A stretch of 64,000 bases of DNA from an uncultured virus (IMG/VR IMGVR_UViG_3300025003_000394) (IMGVR_UViG_3300025003_000394), one strand, 5' to 3'. Numbered from the stretch's first letter, positions 1 through 10,912 are shown. Program-made: numbers and translations. The notes: a model not told the origin generated them from the sequence alone.

Positions 1-161
1 CACCAATAGAAAGGCATATCGCTTTGGTTCGAGTGACTGAAGTTGATTTACTTTTCTTTTTAAACACACAGATCCCTTAATAAAATATTGACTTCATAAT
101 AACCTATTTTATGAAAGAAGTCAATAATGTAGAGATCAAAAGAGGAAAACAATGACATTAA

Positions 162-225
162 GCGCAATTCATCTCCACCCAAACTGCTACGCAGCTATGG
201 ACGGAGTGTTCTTGCTGTCGTTCCG
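162..225 (+). mobile_element. IS200/IS605 (IscB-type) right-end-like hairpin inserted into the 3' end of the first ankyrin-like gene
   Basis: GCGCAATTCATCTCCACCC...GGACGGAGTGTTCTTGC resembles the element end at 62286-62326 (GGCAATTCATCCCCCC...GGATGGATTATCCTTGCC) and supplies the atypical tail GTTARTLRP of ORF 195..1148. Confidence 0.6.
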
Positions 226-1148
226 ATAAAACTATACTCCCATAATAAATCCACAATAATGAAATGACTGTTTAAATAAGCCATTTCGATAAAATATGAG
301 TGTTCTTGGAATTTCTTGTAAGTTCTTGAATGTATAAATGTGTTAATAATTTCTGAATTTTCAAGGGAAATAATTTTTTTAATAATTTCTGTAATATAAG
401 CATACTTTTTTATTGATAATTTTGAGCTTATAAGCTTTTTAAATAAATCTATTTTTTTATCTTCCAGAGATTCTTTTATAATACTAAAGAAACAATAATC
501 AGAATCGTCATATCCTAGTTTAGGCAATAATAAAAGAATCAACTCAGTAGGATCTTTTTTGAAATTGTTAAAGAGTTGTTTTTTATCCCAACCGATATAG
601 CCAAATCGATCATCACTGAGTAATAATTCCACAACCTCAATATTACCATAATAAACGGCATAATGTAAGGCCAATTGTTCTTCTGAGCAGTGTGGGAATC
701 GATTATCAGATAATAATAATTTAATAATATCAATACGGGAATAATTACAAGCAATCAAAAAAGGCTGAGTAACTTTTTTATTAATAATAAATCGATGGTC
801 AGCTAAAAAAACAATAAGTAAATCAATAAAATTAAGGCGACATGCTACAGTGATTGGATGAGTGTTAAATGAAGTTTTGGAAATTCGAGGATCACTAAGG
901 ATTAATTTAGCATTTTCAATATAATTTCTTTGTGCGCAAATTTTTAAAAGGTAATTAATTTTAGAATTAGGATTAAATCTAGGGTCAGAAATTAATAACA
1001 CAAAAATATCATTATGTCCTAAAAATAAAGATAACCTGAGTAATGAACTGCAATTAGCCTCTGTATCAATATAGCTGTGAGTGTTAAGGAAAAGCGTTAC
1101 ACCATTAATGTTATTTTGATTAATGTAATTAAGTAATGTTTTACTCAT
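195..1148 (-). CDS. Ankyrin-repeat protein; C-terminus probably truncated by an IS-end insertion
   Basis: Repeated 'A..G..IV.LLLSD.RF' units (e.g. LALHYAVYYGNIEVVELLLSDDRF); GGAGG RBS. Confidence 0.75.
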   Translation of the reverse strand: MSKTLLNYINQNNINGVTLFLNTHSYIDTEANCSSLLRLSLFLGHNDIFVLLISDPRFNPNSKINYLLKICAQRNYIENAKLILSDPRISKTSFNTHPITVACRLNFIDLLIVFLADHRFIINKKVTQPFLIACNYSRIDIIKLLLSDNRFPHCSEEQLALHYAVYYGNIEVVELLLSDDRFGYIGWDKKQLFNNFKKDPTELILLLLPKLGYDDSDYCFFSIIKESLEDKKIDLFKKLISSKLSIKKYAYITEIIKKIISLENSEIINTFIHSRTYKKFQEHSYFIEMAYLNSHFIIVDLLWEYSFIGTTARTLRP

Positions 1149-1420
1149 GCCTCCCTCCCTACTTTAATTAATATAAAATATTATACAGAAAAATACATGA
1201 AAGATAAAGTGTTTTTTGTAAATTAAAAATCGATAACTTTTGGCAACAAAATAAAAGAGTTGCAACCTAAATATTATTATTTTAACAAACTAGGAACCAA
1301 ATATTAGCCTATAATGTAGCATTGATATTTTTATAAGTGTTAATAATTTGATTAACTTTGTTTTTTAAGTCATCTGACATGTTCCTTTGTCCTTTATTTT
1401 AAATTATGATATGCCTGAAA

Positions 1421-2116
1421 TTAAAAATTTACAATTTTTGAATTTACATCGTAATATAATGCAATATTCTTTAATTTAGAATAATTAGATCCTGAGATAG
1501 ATTTGATTCCATCCCTAATATTTTTTTGAAGAATAAGGAAATCAACAACTTGAGTGCTTCGTCTTTTGAACGATTCTGTATATAATGCTCCTGCGTTAAG
1601 ATAGTTTGAGCTTTGAAAGCAATGTTTTATCGCGATATTATTCTTATAAGAAAAGTCTACATTGTATGATTTAATAAGTAACTTAATAACATTTAGACGA
1701 CCATGCTGTATTGATAAAGCTGTGATTTCATCTAAATCAAGTTTTTCTGAAGGTGTAATTGATATGAATTTCTTGAGTGCATTAATTTTTCCAAGTGATG
1801 CTGACTTTTTTATTCCTTCAATATATGATGCCTGTTTATTATATTTATTATGTGCTAGAAATTTATCTAATATACGGATTGGATGGCTACTAATAATATT
1901 CTCCACTATTTCAGTTTGAACATTAGCACTTAAAATATCATCATCTAAGTCAAGAAGATCAAAGAATAAATCATAAAATTTATGTTTTAGGCAGGTATGG
2001 TAAAAATATTCTAAGTCAGCAACTTGCATAGAGTTTATTTTTTTAGTTAAATTTTCAAAACTATTAATTCTAATAAATTGAGCAATAATTTCATAATCAG
2101 ATTTTTTTTTAAACAT
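1421..2116 (-). CDS. Ankyrin-like repeat protein (paralog 1 of 3), KIVNF tail
   Basis: SIQHGRLNVIKLLIK..VDFSYKNNIAI motif; similar to the next two ORFs. Confidence 0.65.
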   Translation of the reverse strand: MFKKKSDYEIIAQFIRINSFENLTKKINSMQVADLEYFYHTCLKHKFYDLFFDLLDLDDDILSANVQTEIVENIISSHPIRILDKFLAHNKYNKQASYIEGIKKSASLGKINALKKFISITPSEKLDLDEITALSIQHGRLNVIKLLIKSYNVDFSYKNNIAIKHCFQSSNYLNAGALYTESFKRRSTQVVDFLILQKNIRDGIKSISGSNYSKLKNIALYYDVNSKIVNF

Positions 2117-2133
2117 AGTTAGTCCTGTTTTAT

Positions 2134-2778
2134 TTAAAAATCATTAATTGATTTCTGTAATTTCATTTTAGTAATATAATTCATAAGAGAGACGAATTTA
2201 TCGCGATATAACTCATCCTCTTTTTTTATTGTAATTTTATGCAAAAGGAAGTCAACTATTTTCATTTTATTGCTTAAATAAGCACTAATTATGATTTGAT
2301 TATTATTTATGCTTGGTTCAATATTGAAATGTTTTAAAATTACTTTAATAATAGATAGGTGTCCATTTTGTGAAGCAAAAATAAGGGATTTATATAGAGA
2401 TTCATGACTAAATGGTATTTCTGCTGCTTTAATTAAATATCTTAGAACTCTTATTCTTCCATATTGAGCTGCTTTAACGAATTCATGATCAAATTTTTTG
2501 AGTATAGTAAATTTTTCATGAGAAACAAACTTGGTAATATTATCAAGTTTGTTTTTACGAGAAAGATAGCTTAATATAATACGCTGTGTTCTATCTTGAA
2601 TCGGATCATTGGTGCAGTTAATGATGGTGAAAAGAAAATCAATCTTATCATTTTTACAGCAAAATTCAGCTAAATAATCTATATCTAAGTATGTATTATT
2701 AATTGCTATTTCTAGAAAGCATTCTGTGTTACCTTCCAATATGCATTTGGTTAATTTTTCATGATAGTTACTTGACAT
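2134..2778 (-). CDS. Ankyrin-like repeat protein (paralog 2 of 3)
   Basis: AAQYGRIRVLRYL, ASQNGHLSIIKVIL..IEPSINNN. Confidence 0.7.
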   Translation of the reverse strand: MSSNYHEKLTKCILEGNTECFLEIAINNTYLDIDYLAEFCCKNDKIDFLFTIINCTNDPIQDRTQRIILSYLSRKNKLDNITKFVSHEKFTILKKFDHEFVKAAQYGRIRVLRYLIKAAEIPFSHESLYKSLIFASQNGHLSIIKVILKHFNIEPSINNNQIIISAYLSNKMKIVDFLLHKITIKKEDELYRDKFVSLMNYITKMKLQKSINDF

Positions 2779-2849
2779 ATTAGCCTTGAATTAAGTATTG
2801 TGTAATGCATTATATAAAATATTGAACGCAAAATCAACATATTTTATAT

Positions 2850-3536
2850 TTAAAAATTTGAAATTGTAGTAGCCAAATTATGAATGATTATTAGGTTTGC
2901 TATTTCATTTTTAGTAGAATTATTATATTGGTAGTTAGACCTAATATTGGTGTAATTTTTAATAAGGAATTTAACTGTGCTATGACGCCCAAAAATAAAA
3001 GCTGAATTCAGTATTTCACTTCCTTCAAAACTAGGATCAAAGTTAAAAAAATCAATTAATGCCTTAATAGTATTGGAGTTTCCTTTTGTCGCGGCCAAAA
3101 CCATAGACTTCCTATAGTCATTAAAAGCGATAGAACAGGGATTGATAATATTAAATAAATGCGCTAATGCTTTATTTCTTGAATATCTCGAAGCTTTAAT
3201 AATAACAGATCCAATTTCAGTGCTATTATTGAGATAAATAGTAAATTTTTTGTGTTCTACAATTTTTTTAAATAATTTCAAATTATAGTAAGTTAAAAAA
3301 TAATTTGCAATATAGGCTTGTATATATGGGGATAGTGCTTTTTCATTAAAATTAATAAGAAAAAATGTGCTCTTAAAACATTTTTTTTCTAATGAGAATG
3401 TAATTAAATATTCAATATCTGGATGACAAAAATCAATGAGAGCATTAGATAATAAATCTAAATCCTGTTTTTCGACCAAAGAAAATAACTCAGCGTAAAG
3501 TATTTTTTTTGCACTCACATGTTTGTTTTTCATCAT
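2850..3536 (-). CDS. Ankyrin-like repeat protein (paralog 3 of 3)
   Basis: AATKGNSNTIKALI..FDPS; AFIFGRHSTVKFLI. Confidence 0.65.
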   Translation of the reverse strand: MMKNKHVSAKKILYAELFSLVEKQDLDLLSNALIDFCHPDIEYLITFSLEKKCFKSTFFLINFNEKALSPYIQAYIANYFLTYYNLKLFKKIVEHKKFTIYLNNSTEIGSVIIKASRYSRNKALAHLFNIINPCSIAFNDYRKSMVLAATKGNSNTIKALIDFFNFDPSFEGSEILNSAFIFGRHSTVKFLIKNYTNIRSNYQYNNSTKNEIANLIIIHNLATTISNF

Positions 3537-3635
3537 TTTTTTTACAAGAATACTTTTTAATTTAGGTAAAAAAGTATTGTCTTGCCCTACTCCTTTGATT
3601 TTTAGTTTTTTTTATAAAAAAATAAGTTGTAAAAG

Positions 3636-3854
3636 CTATAGTGAATGAGCTAAATCAACAGGACAACCTTTATCATGTTTTACACGTAATTTAATAGCGT
3701 TTGTTGTTGAAGAACACTGATTATCTTTTGCCGAACGTAAGCACCAATTGCATTGAATTTCAATTAAACCTTCAGATTTTGGTGTTGATATACGATTATA
3801 CCCTAGTTCGACTAAGGCTCTAGCTATCTTAATTGAATCATTATTGTTAATCAT
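3636..3854 (-). CDS. Small hypothetical protein, possible Zn-binding
   Basis: CNWC ... HDKGCP motif; AGGA RBS. Confidence 0.5.
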   Translation of the reverse strand: MINNNDSIKIARALVELGYNRISTPKSEGLIEIQCNWCLRSAKDNQCSSTTNAIKLRVKHDKGCPVDLAHSL

Positions 3855-4114
3855 TTTAATCCTAGGACATTAAACATACAGTTATTATACTTATATATAT
3901 GAGAGAAGCAAGGTTTATTTATCGAACTCTAAGCAAGAAATATTGATAATTTAAATAATTGTTGTATATCTTAATAATTTCACAATAAGTGCTGTAAATT
4001 AAAGCAGGAAGATGGTAAAATAAGCTATATTTTGTTAGTAAAAAGACACCAAGACATCCAATAAAAAAAATTAATGAAAATTAACAATAAAAGAGTGATA
4101 AAGGAAAGTATAAT

Positions 4115-4801
4115 ATGTATAAAGAAAGCACTAAAGAAAAAATACTTAATATGGTTGAAGAGTTTTTTTTGGATATTAATGACGGAAACCAAATTAATGT
4201 TACAGTAAATAATGTGACAAATATAGATAGAAAGAAAAATATTCAAGATAAAGTGCTACAGTTTATTATGATTGCCCAATTAATATTATTTTTATCAATA
4301 TTATTGGTTTTATCACATTATTTAAATGAGATTATTTTTATTTTATCATTTAGTGTATATTGTTTTTTTTGTATTAATGTAATGCGCCAATATGTAGGGG
4401 GGTTTTTAAAGGATAACGTAGTGAAGAACGAAATAATGAGAGACATTATAGCTATACCTCTTATGTCAATAATATTAATTAATAAAAGCATGTACTGGTT
4501 TCTTAAAAAAATAATTATATTTAGTGAGGAAGTTACTATAGAGGGAGTTATTCATACAATCAACACTAATGTATTTGGTGAGGAATTTTGTTTACTAAAC
4601 GGAAAGTTAAATAGGGAAGACGGTAGGCCAGCAGCAATAACAATTAAGGGTAAAATATTTAGTTTTAATGGAAATGTGTTTCATAAACAATGTAGGAATT
4701 TTAAAACAAGTAAAGAAAAAAAAACTATTTCAATTACACCTTCAGAAGTGAAGGAGAAAATAGTTATTTTAAAATTAACCCATAAGTTGAGTAAATTTTA
4801 G
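4115..4801 (+). CDS. Membrane protein with LNREDG-PA motif, KLSKF tail
   Basis: Hydrophobic helices then GKLNREDGRPAAI; AAGGA RBS. Confidence 0.6.
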   Translation: MYKESTKEKILNMVEEFFLDINDGNQINVTVNNVTNIDRKKNIQDKVLQFIMIAQLILFLSILLVLSHYLNEIIFILSFSVYCFFCINVMRQYVGGFLKDNVVKNEIMRDIIAIPLMSIILINKSMYWFLKKIIIFSEEVTIEGVIHTINTNVFGEEFCLLNGKLNREDGRPAAITIKGKIFSFNGNVFHKQCRNFKTSKEKKTISITPSEVKEKIVILKLTHKLSKF

Positions 4802-4847
4802 GAATATGAACGAGAATCCTCGGTAATTAATTGCCGAGAAGAAGCCA
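4797..4847 (+). repeat. Dispersed ~50-bp palindromic repeat, copy A (IS200/IS605-end-like)
   Basis: TTTAGGAATATGAACGAGAATCCTCGGTAATTAATTGCCGAGAAGAAGCCA; near-identical copies at 22209, 43104, 44414. Confidence 0.85.
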
Positions 4848-4852
4848 TTACA

Positions 4853-6109
4853 TCAAAATAATGAAAGTTTATTCTGTGTTGATTTTGCTAAAAGTTCATT
4901 GTAAATGTCTAAATTTGTATATTTTAAATTTTCCCTTAAATATACATTATTCCAAAGCAAGTCAACTATTTCAAACCTATCCCTTTTTTTTGCAGATAAA
5001 ATTGGATTTATTCTATATTTAAATTTTTGAAATCGATGGTCTTGTATTAATATTTTTGCAATATTAATATCTCCACGATGAATTGATTGCAAAATGAAGT
5101 GAATTTCCTTTTTTTTAAAATCAAGGCGTTTATCAGATAGTAATGCTGATACAAGATTATAATCACCATTCCTTATTGAATAGCTAGTGCATAAAACTTT
5201 AAGAATAAGTAAATCTTCCTCTTTACATTTTTCTCTTGAAATAAGAGATATTAATGAAAACGGGTGCTCTGAATATACTATATCTAGTGAGAGTAATTGA
5301 ATTAAATCAAAAAGGCCATCTTTAAGTGTATCAAGAATGTCTGATTTGTTTGATTTTTGTAAGTGAATTCGCTCATCAAGCAATAATAATCTAACAAAAT
5401 CAATTTGCCCTAAATACGCTGCTATATGTAAGCAATGATTGTTATTAAAAGCAGGCGATATAGATTGAATTTTAAGTAATAGTTTAAATGCATATAAATT
5501 TTTACGTTCACACGCAAAGGAAAGTAAATAGTTGTGCTCTATTGATAATTTTGCCTTATTACTACTGATAAATAGATCGAGTATGCTATCCTTAAAATAA
5601 TATATTGCTGATTCAAATGCACTTCTATCTTCCAATCCTTTATCTAATGGCAGAACTGAATCATAAGACATTAACTTTTCAACAATGGATAAGTCACCTA
5701 TTTCTGTTGCCTTCCTAAGTGCCTTGTTATTTTGATATGAAGGGTTAAAGTTTTTGCAACTTAATAAAAAAGATGATAGTTCTGAATTGTTGGATTTGAT
5801 GGAGTTAATAAAAAAAGCTTGCTTATTAATTGTTGAGTAAACTCGCTCATCTTTAATAAGTAATAGTTTTATTTTCTGATTATTAGTTGCTTTAATAGCT
5901 CTGTTATTTTTTTTAGAAGGGTCAATATTGAAGTAATTAAGAAGATGCCTTACAATATTAAATTGATTATATTCTGCCGCAGCAAAAAAAACATAGTATA
6001 TAAATTCTTTATTAGCTAAATTATTTGATAATAAATAGTGAATGTAAGCAAGATTCTTAGATTTAATTAAATCCAATAGCCTCAACTTACTCTGAATAGT
6101 ACATGCCAT
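4853..6109 (-). CDS. Ankyrin-repeat protein, KLSLF tail
   Basis: Multiple 'DPS..NN.A(I/L)' ankyrin-like units; HIAAYLGQIDFVRLLLLDER. Confidence 0.8.
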   Translation of the reverse strand: MACTIQSKLRLLDLIKSKNLAYIHYLLSNNLANKEFIYYVFFAAAEYNQFNIVRHLLNYFNIDPSKKNNRAIKATNNQKIKLLLIKDERVYSTINKQAFFINSIKSNNSELSSFLLSCKNFNPSYQNNKALRKATEIGDLSIVEKLMSYDSVLPLDKGLEDRSAFESAIYYFKDSILDLFISSNKAKLSIEHNYLLSFACERKNLYAFKLLLKIQSISPAFNNNHCLHIAAYLGQIDFVRLLLLDERIHLQKSNKSDILDTLKDGLFDLIQLLSLDIVYSEHPFSLISLISREKCKEEDLLILKVLCTSYSIRNGDYNLVSALLSDKRLDFKKKEIHFILQSIHRGDINIAKILIQDHRFQKFKYRINPILSAKKRDRFEIVDLLWNNVYLRENLKYTNLDIYNELLAKSTQNKLSLF

Positions 6110-6319
6110 AAATTATCCTCTAAAAAAAATAATAATAACATATAACTGTAGATAAGGCAATATTATAAAATCTCAGGACTAAGAAATCTGTATAGGAGAC
6201 AACCTTTCAAAGTCCATATTGATTTAATATTATCATAAATCAAAATAAAGTATAAGCAAGACCGAATATAAAAATTAGACATTACTTACATAAACTATAG
6301 CGGATGTCTCACATTATAA

Positions 6320-6832
6320 TTAAAATTTCTCAAGTTTATAAAAAACTTCCGTCACAGCGATAAAGTGTTTATCTAATGGATGGTAATATTCATTAAAAAC
6401 AGCCTTTAATTCATTATTTAATTTTAAATAAATATTGATGGATAGTTGTTGAGAGTAGTACTCAAAAATTAAATAAATAATATCCTTAATGAGAATTTTT
6501 TTGGAAGAACCAAAAATAGATTCAGATAATGATTGTATAATATTGTTATCTTTTAACTCAAAAAGAATAAAAAAAATATTAAAAATATTTTTTCTGGTAA
6601 AAGATATAAAGTGTTTGTTATTTAATGAAAATTGATTTTGAAATGACTTATGAAAAATAAATGAAGTTATAAATGGTAGTTTTAAATGACTTAAATTTTG
6701 TTTAAATATATAGATGATATCATTAAATCCAATGATTTTTGAGTTAAGTAATTCATTATATTCATTAATATTGTTTTTTATTAATGAAATTTTTATCCTA
6801 TTAAGGATTATTCTCTTAGATTTAGGCTCCAT
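6320..6832 (-). CDS. Hypothetical protein, KLEKF tail
   Basis: 170-aa ORF overlapping the stop of the upstream phosphoesterase. Confidence 0.55.
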   Translation of the reverse strand: MEPKSKRIILNRIKISLIKNNINEYNELLNSKIIGFNDIIYIFKQNLSHLKLPFITSFIFHKSFQNQFSLNNKHFISFTRKNIFNIFFILFELKDNNIIQSLSESIFGSSKKILIKDIIYLIFEYYSQQLSINIYLKLNNELKAVFNEYYHPLDKHFIAVTEVFYKLEKF

Positions 6833-7733
6833 TTAATACCTGAATAATTAAATTAGGGTTAAATAATGCAACTCTATATTTATCTACATTTGCATATCCG
6901 CGAGGGTTGCTAAGATATCTAACGCCATTTTTAGTAATATTAACGTAAAAGTGGGTATGACCTGCTGCCCAAAATTGAAAGTTTTCGGCAAGCTCCTCAA
7001 GTTCACTATAATATGCATATTTAGTAATTTCGTGTTTATATCCATTTTTGCGTTCTTCACTGTATCTGTCTTTATCAAGGAAGATTTCAGAAGGGGCATA
7101 ATGAGATATAACAAATTGAGTATGTTTTTGATTAATGCGACTTTTAATATATCGGATAGCTTGCTTATGAAGCTTTAAGGTATCTAATGTGTTAATTTTT
7201 CTATATTGGTTATTATCTTTATATTTGATTTTGCGATAATCATTAGAAGTGTTTGCTGTCCTGCCATAACTTTTGCTTCCACCTATTTCCAAATAGGTAA
7301 GGGGATCTTCATTATTAAAATCAGTCCACAAAGTGCTTCCAATAAATTCTATATCATTAATAAAAAGGGATTCATTATCTAGAAAATAAAAATTACTATT
7401 TTTTCTTTCAAACTCTCTAATGAGTCTATGAAATTTATCAATACGACTTCCCCAAAATTCATGGTTTCCAGCAACATAAATAACAATGCTGCCATATTTT
7501 AGGGTATCTATTAAGAAGTTCTCAATATCGATATTGAGTGTTTTTGAACGTGACTGGGAACCAATATCACCTGCTAGTATAATAACTTGATTTTCTTTTA
7601 AATTAGGTATTCTAAAAGAGTTTTCTAACTCTAAATGAATATCACTAAAAAGCCTAACATCTAGTGATGAAAGTTTATTGCCAAGTAAATCTAATAAAGT
7701 TCGTTTTTTAAAATTCAAGACCCACCCCCACAC
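6822..7733 (-). CDS. Calcineurin-like metallophosphoesterase
   Basis: Motifs SDIHLE, AGDIG, GNHE, SHYAP, GHTH, SNPRGY; true start may be slightly downstream. Confidence 0.9.
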   Translation of the reverse strand: MWGWVLNFKKRTLLDLLGNKLSSLDVRLFSDIHLELENSFRIPNLKENQVIILAGDIGSQSRSKTLNIDIENFLIDTLKYGSIVIYVAGNHEFWGSRIDKFHRLIREFERKNSNFYFLDNESLFINDIEFIGSTLWTDFNNEDPLTYLEIGGSKSYGRTANTSNDYRKIKYKDNNQYRKINTLDTLKLHKQAIRYIKSRINQKHTQFVISHYAPSEIFLDKDRYSEERKNGYKHEITKYAYYSELEELAENFQFWAAGHTHFYVNITKNGVRYLSNPRGYANVDKYRVALFNPNLIIQVLNGA

Positions 7734-7862
7734 TTAAAAATTTAATATAAACATAGTATATACTTAATTGTCATTAAGATAAATGTTTTTTTTGTTTTTT
7801 TTGTTGAAAAGTAGCGCATTTTATTGTAAAATAGTGTTAATAAAAAATAATTTAGGAATGAT

Positions 7863-8648
7863 ATGTTTAAAATAACGCAAGAGAGAATAGAACAGAACGA
7901 AAGTGAGTATTTTTCAATAGAACTTAGTTTTGAAGGTTGTAAAAATAACCAAATGCTCTATCTGTCAACGATTAAGGGGGAGGATCATTTTGTTGCTTTA
8001 CGAAATTTTTTATCTTACTATGCTGTAAAAAAAGATTTTTTTAAGAATAGGGTTCTAAATTCTATAAATAAAGATGATTGGCAAGGAGGGAGGATGATAA
8101 ATTTCTCTAATGAGAAGGCACTATTATATATTTCTTTTAACAATGATGATGTTATTATTCCGTTTACAAAAACTGCTAGTAAGGTAGAATTGGAAGAGGA
8201 TTATACGAAAGAAGAGATAGAAAAGTTAAAAAATGAAGAATTAGAAGGGTTGAGGCAATCATCTTTTGAATTATCAGAGCATTTAAAGTCTAGAAGTAAA
8301 AAAGGGCTTTATGATTTTGAATATAATGAAATGTATTTAAATAAAATCTCATTTTATACAGAAGATAATGAAATAGAAGAAAGCAGAGAAGGATTATTGA
8401 AGCAGTTTAAAAAGGCTATGAAAATGGAGGATAAATACTTAATCCAAAAAGAAGAAGAAATTTCTGAATTAATGGATGAAGTATATAATAAGTATAAAAA
8501 CTTTAAGGGAAAAAAGAAAAAAACAGTGGATTTAATTGAATATAAAATGATAAATTTCGAATTAAATAATATTATATTTAGTGATAGTGAGTCAGCTAAA
8601 TATAAAATTACAGTAAAGAAAATATCAGACATTCTTGAGGATTTTTAA
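7863..8648 (+). CDS. Hypothetical protein (paralog of next ORF), ILEDF tail
   Basis: Shares MFK.T.E N-terminus, LRNFL and ILEDF with 8650..9108. Confidence 0.65.
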   Translation: MFKITQERIEQNESEYFSIELSFEGCKNNQMLYLSTIKGEDHFVALRNFLSYYAVKKDFFKNRVLNSINKDDWQGGRMINFSNEKALLYISFNNDDVIIPFTKTASKVELEEDYTKEEIEKLKNEELEGLRQSSFELSEHLKSRSKKGLYDFEYNEMYLNKISFYTEDNEIEESREGLLKQFKKAMKMEDKYLIQKEEEISELMDEVYNKYKNFKGKKKKTVDLIEYKMINFELNNIIFSDSESAKYKITVKKISDILEDF

Positions 8649-8649
8649 A

Positions 8650-9108
8650 ATGTTTAAGTTAACAAAAGAGGTCGTATTAAGCACGTATGTAAGTCGTTTT
8701 GAGTTAACGGTTAATTATTGTGATAGAGAAAGTCAATTAGTAGTAATTTTATTAAATAAAGATATTGATGAGATGAATGTTTTGCGCAATTTCTTAATCG
8801 CTGTTGAGTTAAAAAAGAATAAGTTATTGTCTCAAAAAAATAATGTTGATTTTTATATGCAAGGTGTTGCATTTGTAAAAGGTGTTGACTTTTACGTGCA
8901 ATTGGAAAAAAAGAGCATGTTATATGAAAATAGCCTTATTGTTTTAGAAAGTAATGATAAAAATATTTTAGATCCAATTGTTAAAAATAATGATAGTAAT
9001 TACTCAATGATCGATTTTGAAATAGGTTTGGTAAAATTATATGATAGCAATGGTTGTATATATAATATCAAAATAGAGAAAATGTCTCATATTTTAGAAG
9101 ATTTCTAG
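8650..9108 (+). CDS. Hypothetical protein, ILEDF tail
   Basis: Paralog of the previous ORF; ATG at 8650 matches its N-terminus. Confidence 0.65.
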   Translation: MFKLTKEVVLSTYVSRFELTVNYCDRESQLVVILLNKDIDEMNVLRNFLIAVELKKNKLLSQKNNVDFYMQGVAFVKGVDFYVQLEKKSMLYENSLIVLESNDKNILDPIVKNNDSNYSMIDFEIGLVKLYDSNGCIYNIKIEKMSHILEDF

Positions 9109-9238
9109 ATATAATCTAAAATTCAATAATCTTTAATGAAAGAAGTTTAAATTAATATAATTTAAAAAAAACTTGATTTTAATGAGAAATTAACATATAT
9201 TTACCTGAAGAGATGAATAAAAATCAGGAGATCAATAT

Positions 9239-10900
9239 ATGTGTTCAATTTTAGGTATTTTAGATATAAAAACAGATCCAGTTAAATTAAGAAGCTTGGC
9301 GCTTGAAATGTCAAAAAAATTACGTCATAGAGGTCCAGATTGGTCAGGAATTTATTCCACCAATAAAGCAATACTAGTCCATGAAAGGCTAGCAATAGTA
9401 GGCGTTAATGGCGGTGCTCAACCACTTTATAATCCAGAAAAAACGCATGTTCTCGCTGTTAATGGTGAAATTTACAACCATAAAGAGTTAAGAAAAGATT
9501 TAAAAGTAGATTTTGAATTTCAAACTGAATCTGATTGCGAGATTATATTAGGTCTATATAAGGAAAAAGGCGTAAACTTCCTTGATGATTTAAATGGTAT
9601 TTTTGCATTTTGTTTATATGATGAAGAAAAAGATCAATATTTAATTGGTCGAGATCATATAGGTATTATACCACTATACTACGGCTACGACAAATCAGGA
9701 AATAGATATGTGGCATCTGAGTTAAAAGCCTTAGTGGGTACCTGCAATGTTATTGAGGAATTTCCAGCAGGGCATTACTTGTGGAGTGGGGACGAAAAGC
9801 CGACCAAATATTATGCCAGAGATTGGGAGAATTATGAGAATGTAAAAGATAATACATCATCTATTCAAGAAATAAGAGAAGGTTTAGAGGCAGCAGTTCA
9901 TAGGCAATTAATGTGCGATGTGCCTTACGGAGTTTTGTTGTCAGGCGGTCTAGACTCTTCTGTTATTTCAGCGATTACCCAAAAGTTTGCTAAAAAAAGA
10001 ATAGAGGATAATGATCAAAGCGATGCTTGGTTTCCAAAATTACACTCTTTTTCGGTTGGTTTAGAAGGATCACCTGATTTAAAATATGCGCAGGAAGTTG
10101 CAGATGAAATAGGTACTATTCACCATCCAATTCACTTTAAGGTTCAAGAGGGTATTGATGCAATTTCTGAGGTTATTTATCATTTAGAAACCTATGACGT
10201 GACAACAATAAGGGCATCAACTCCAATGTATTTAATGTCAAGAAAAATAAAGGCAATGGGAATAAAAATGGTCTTATCAGGTGAAGGTGCAGATGAATTG
10301 TTTGGTGGTTATTTATATTTTCACAAAGCACCTAATGATAAAGAGTTTCATGAAGAATTATGTAGAAAAGTATCTAAGTTACATATGTTTGATTGTTTAC
10401 GTGCAAATAAATCAATGGCAGCTTGGGGAATAGAGGCTAGAGTGCCATTTTTGGATAAAGAATTTATGGATATTGCAATGAATGTTAATCCAAAGGACAA
10501 GGAGTGTAAGGATGGTAAGATGGAAAAAAATATACTTCGGGAAGCTTTTGAAGGATACTTACCTAGCAGTGTTTTATGGAGGCAAAAAGAGCAATTTAGT
10601 GACGGTGTAGGGTATAGTTGGATTGATTCATTAAAAGATTATACAAATAAGGAAGTTACAGACTTAATGTTTACTAATGCTAAATTTAGATTCCCAATAA
10701 ATACGCCTGAAACAAAGGAAGCTTATTTATATAGATCTATTTTTGAGACACACTTTCCAACAGATGCTGTTATTAAATGTGTTCCTCATGGTAAATCAGT
10801 AGCTTGTTCAACAGTTGAAGCTTTGGCTTGGGATGAGTCTTTTAATAATAATGCTGATCCTTCTGGTAGGTCAGTAAATGTGCATACTAGTAAATCATAA
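9239..10900 (+). CDS. asnB: Asparagine synthetase B (glutamine-hydrolysing)
   Basis: N-terminal Cys (MCSILG), RHRGPD, HERLAIV, NGEIYNH, LLSGGLDSS, SGEGADE, EARVPFLD; closely matches gammaproteobacterial AsnB. Confidence 0.97.
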   Translation: MCSILGILDIKTDPVKLRSLALEMSKKLRHRGPDWSGIYSTNKAILVHERLAIVGVNGGAQPLYNPEKTHVLAVNGEIYNHKELRKDLKVDFEFQTESDCEIILGLYKEKGVNFLDDLNGIFAFCLYDEEKDQYLIGRDHIGIIPLYYGYDKSGNRYVASELKALVGTCNVIEEFPAGHYLWSGDEKPTKYYARDWENYENVKDNTSSIQEIREGLEAAVHRQLMCDVPYGVLLSGGLDSSVISAITQKFAKKRIEDNDQSDAWFPKLHSFSVGLEGSPDLKYAQEVADEIGTIHHPIHFKVQEGIDAISEVIYHLETYDVTTIRASTPMYLMSRKIKAMGIKMVLSGEGADELFGGYLYFHKAPNDKEFHEELCRKVSKLHMFDCLRANKSMAAWGIEARVPFLDKEFMDIAMNVNPKDKECKDGKMEKNILREAFEGYLPSSVLWRQKEQFSDGVGYSWIDSLKDYTNKEVTDLMFTNAKFRFPINTPETKEAYLYRSIFETHFPTDAVIKCVPHGKSVACSTVEALAWDESFNNNADPSGRSVNVHTSKS

Positions 10901-10912
10901 CGGTTAAAATAG

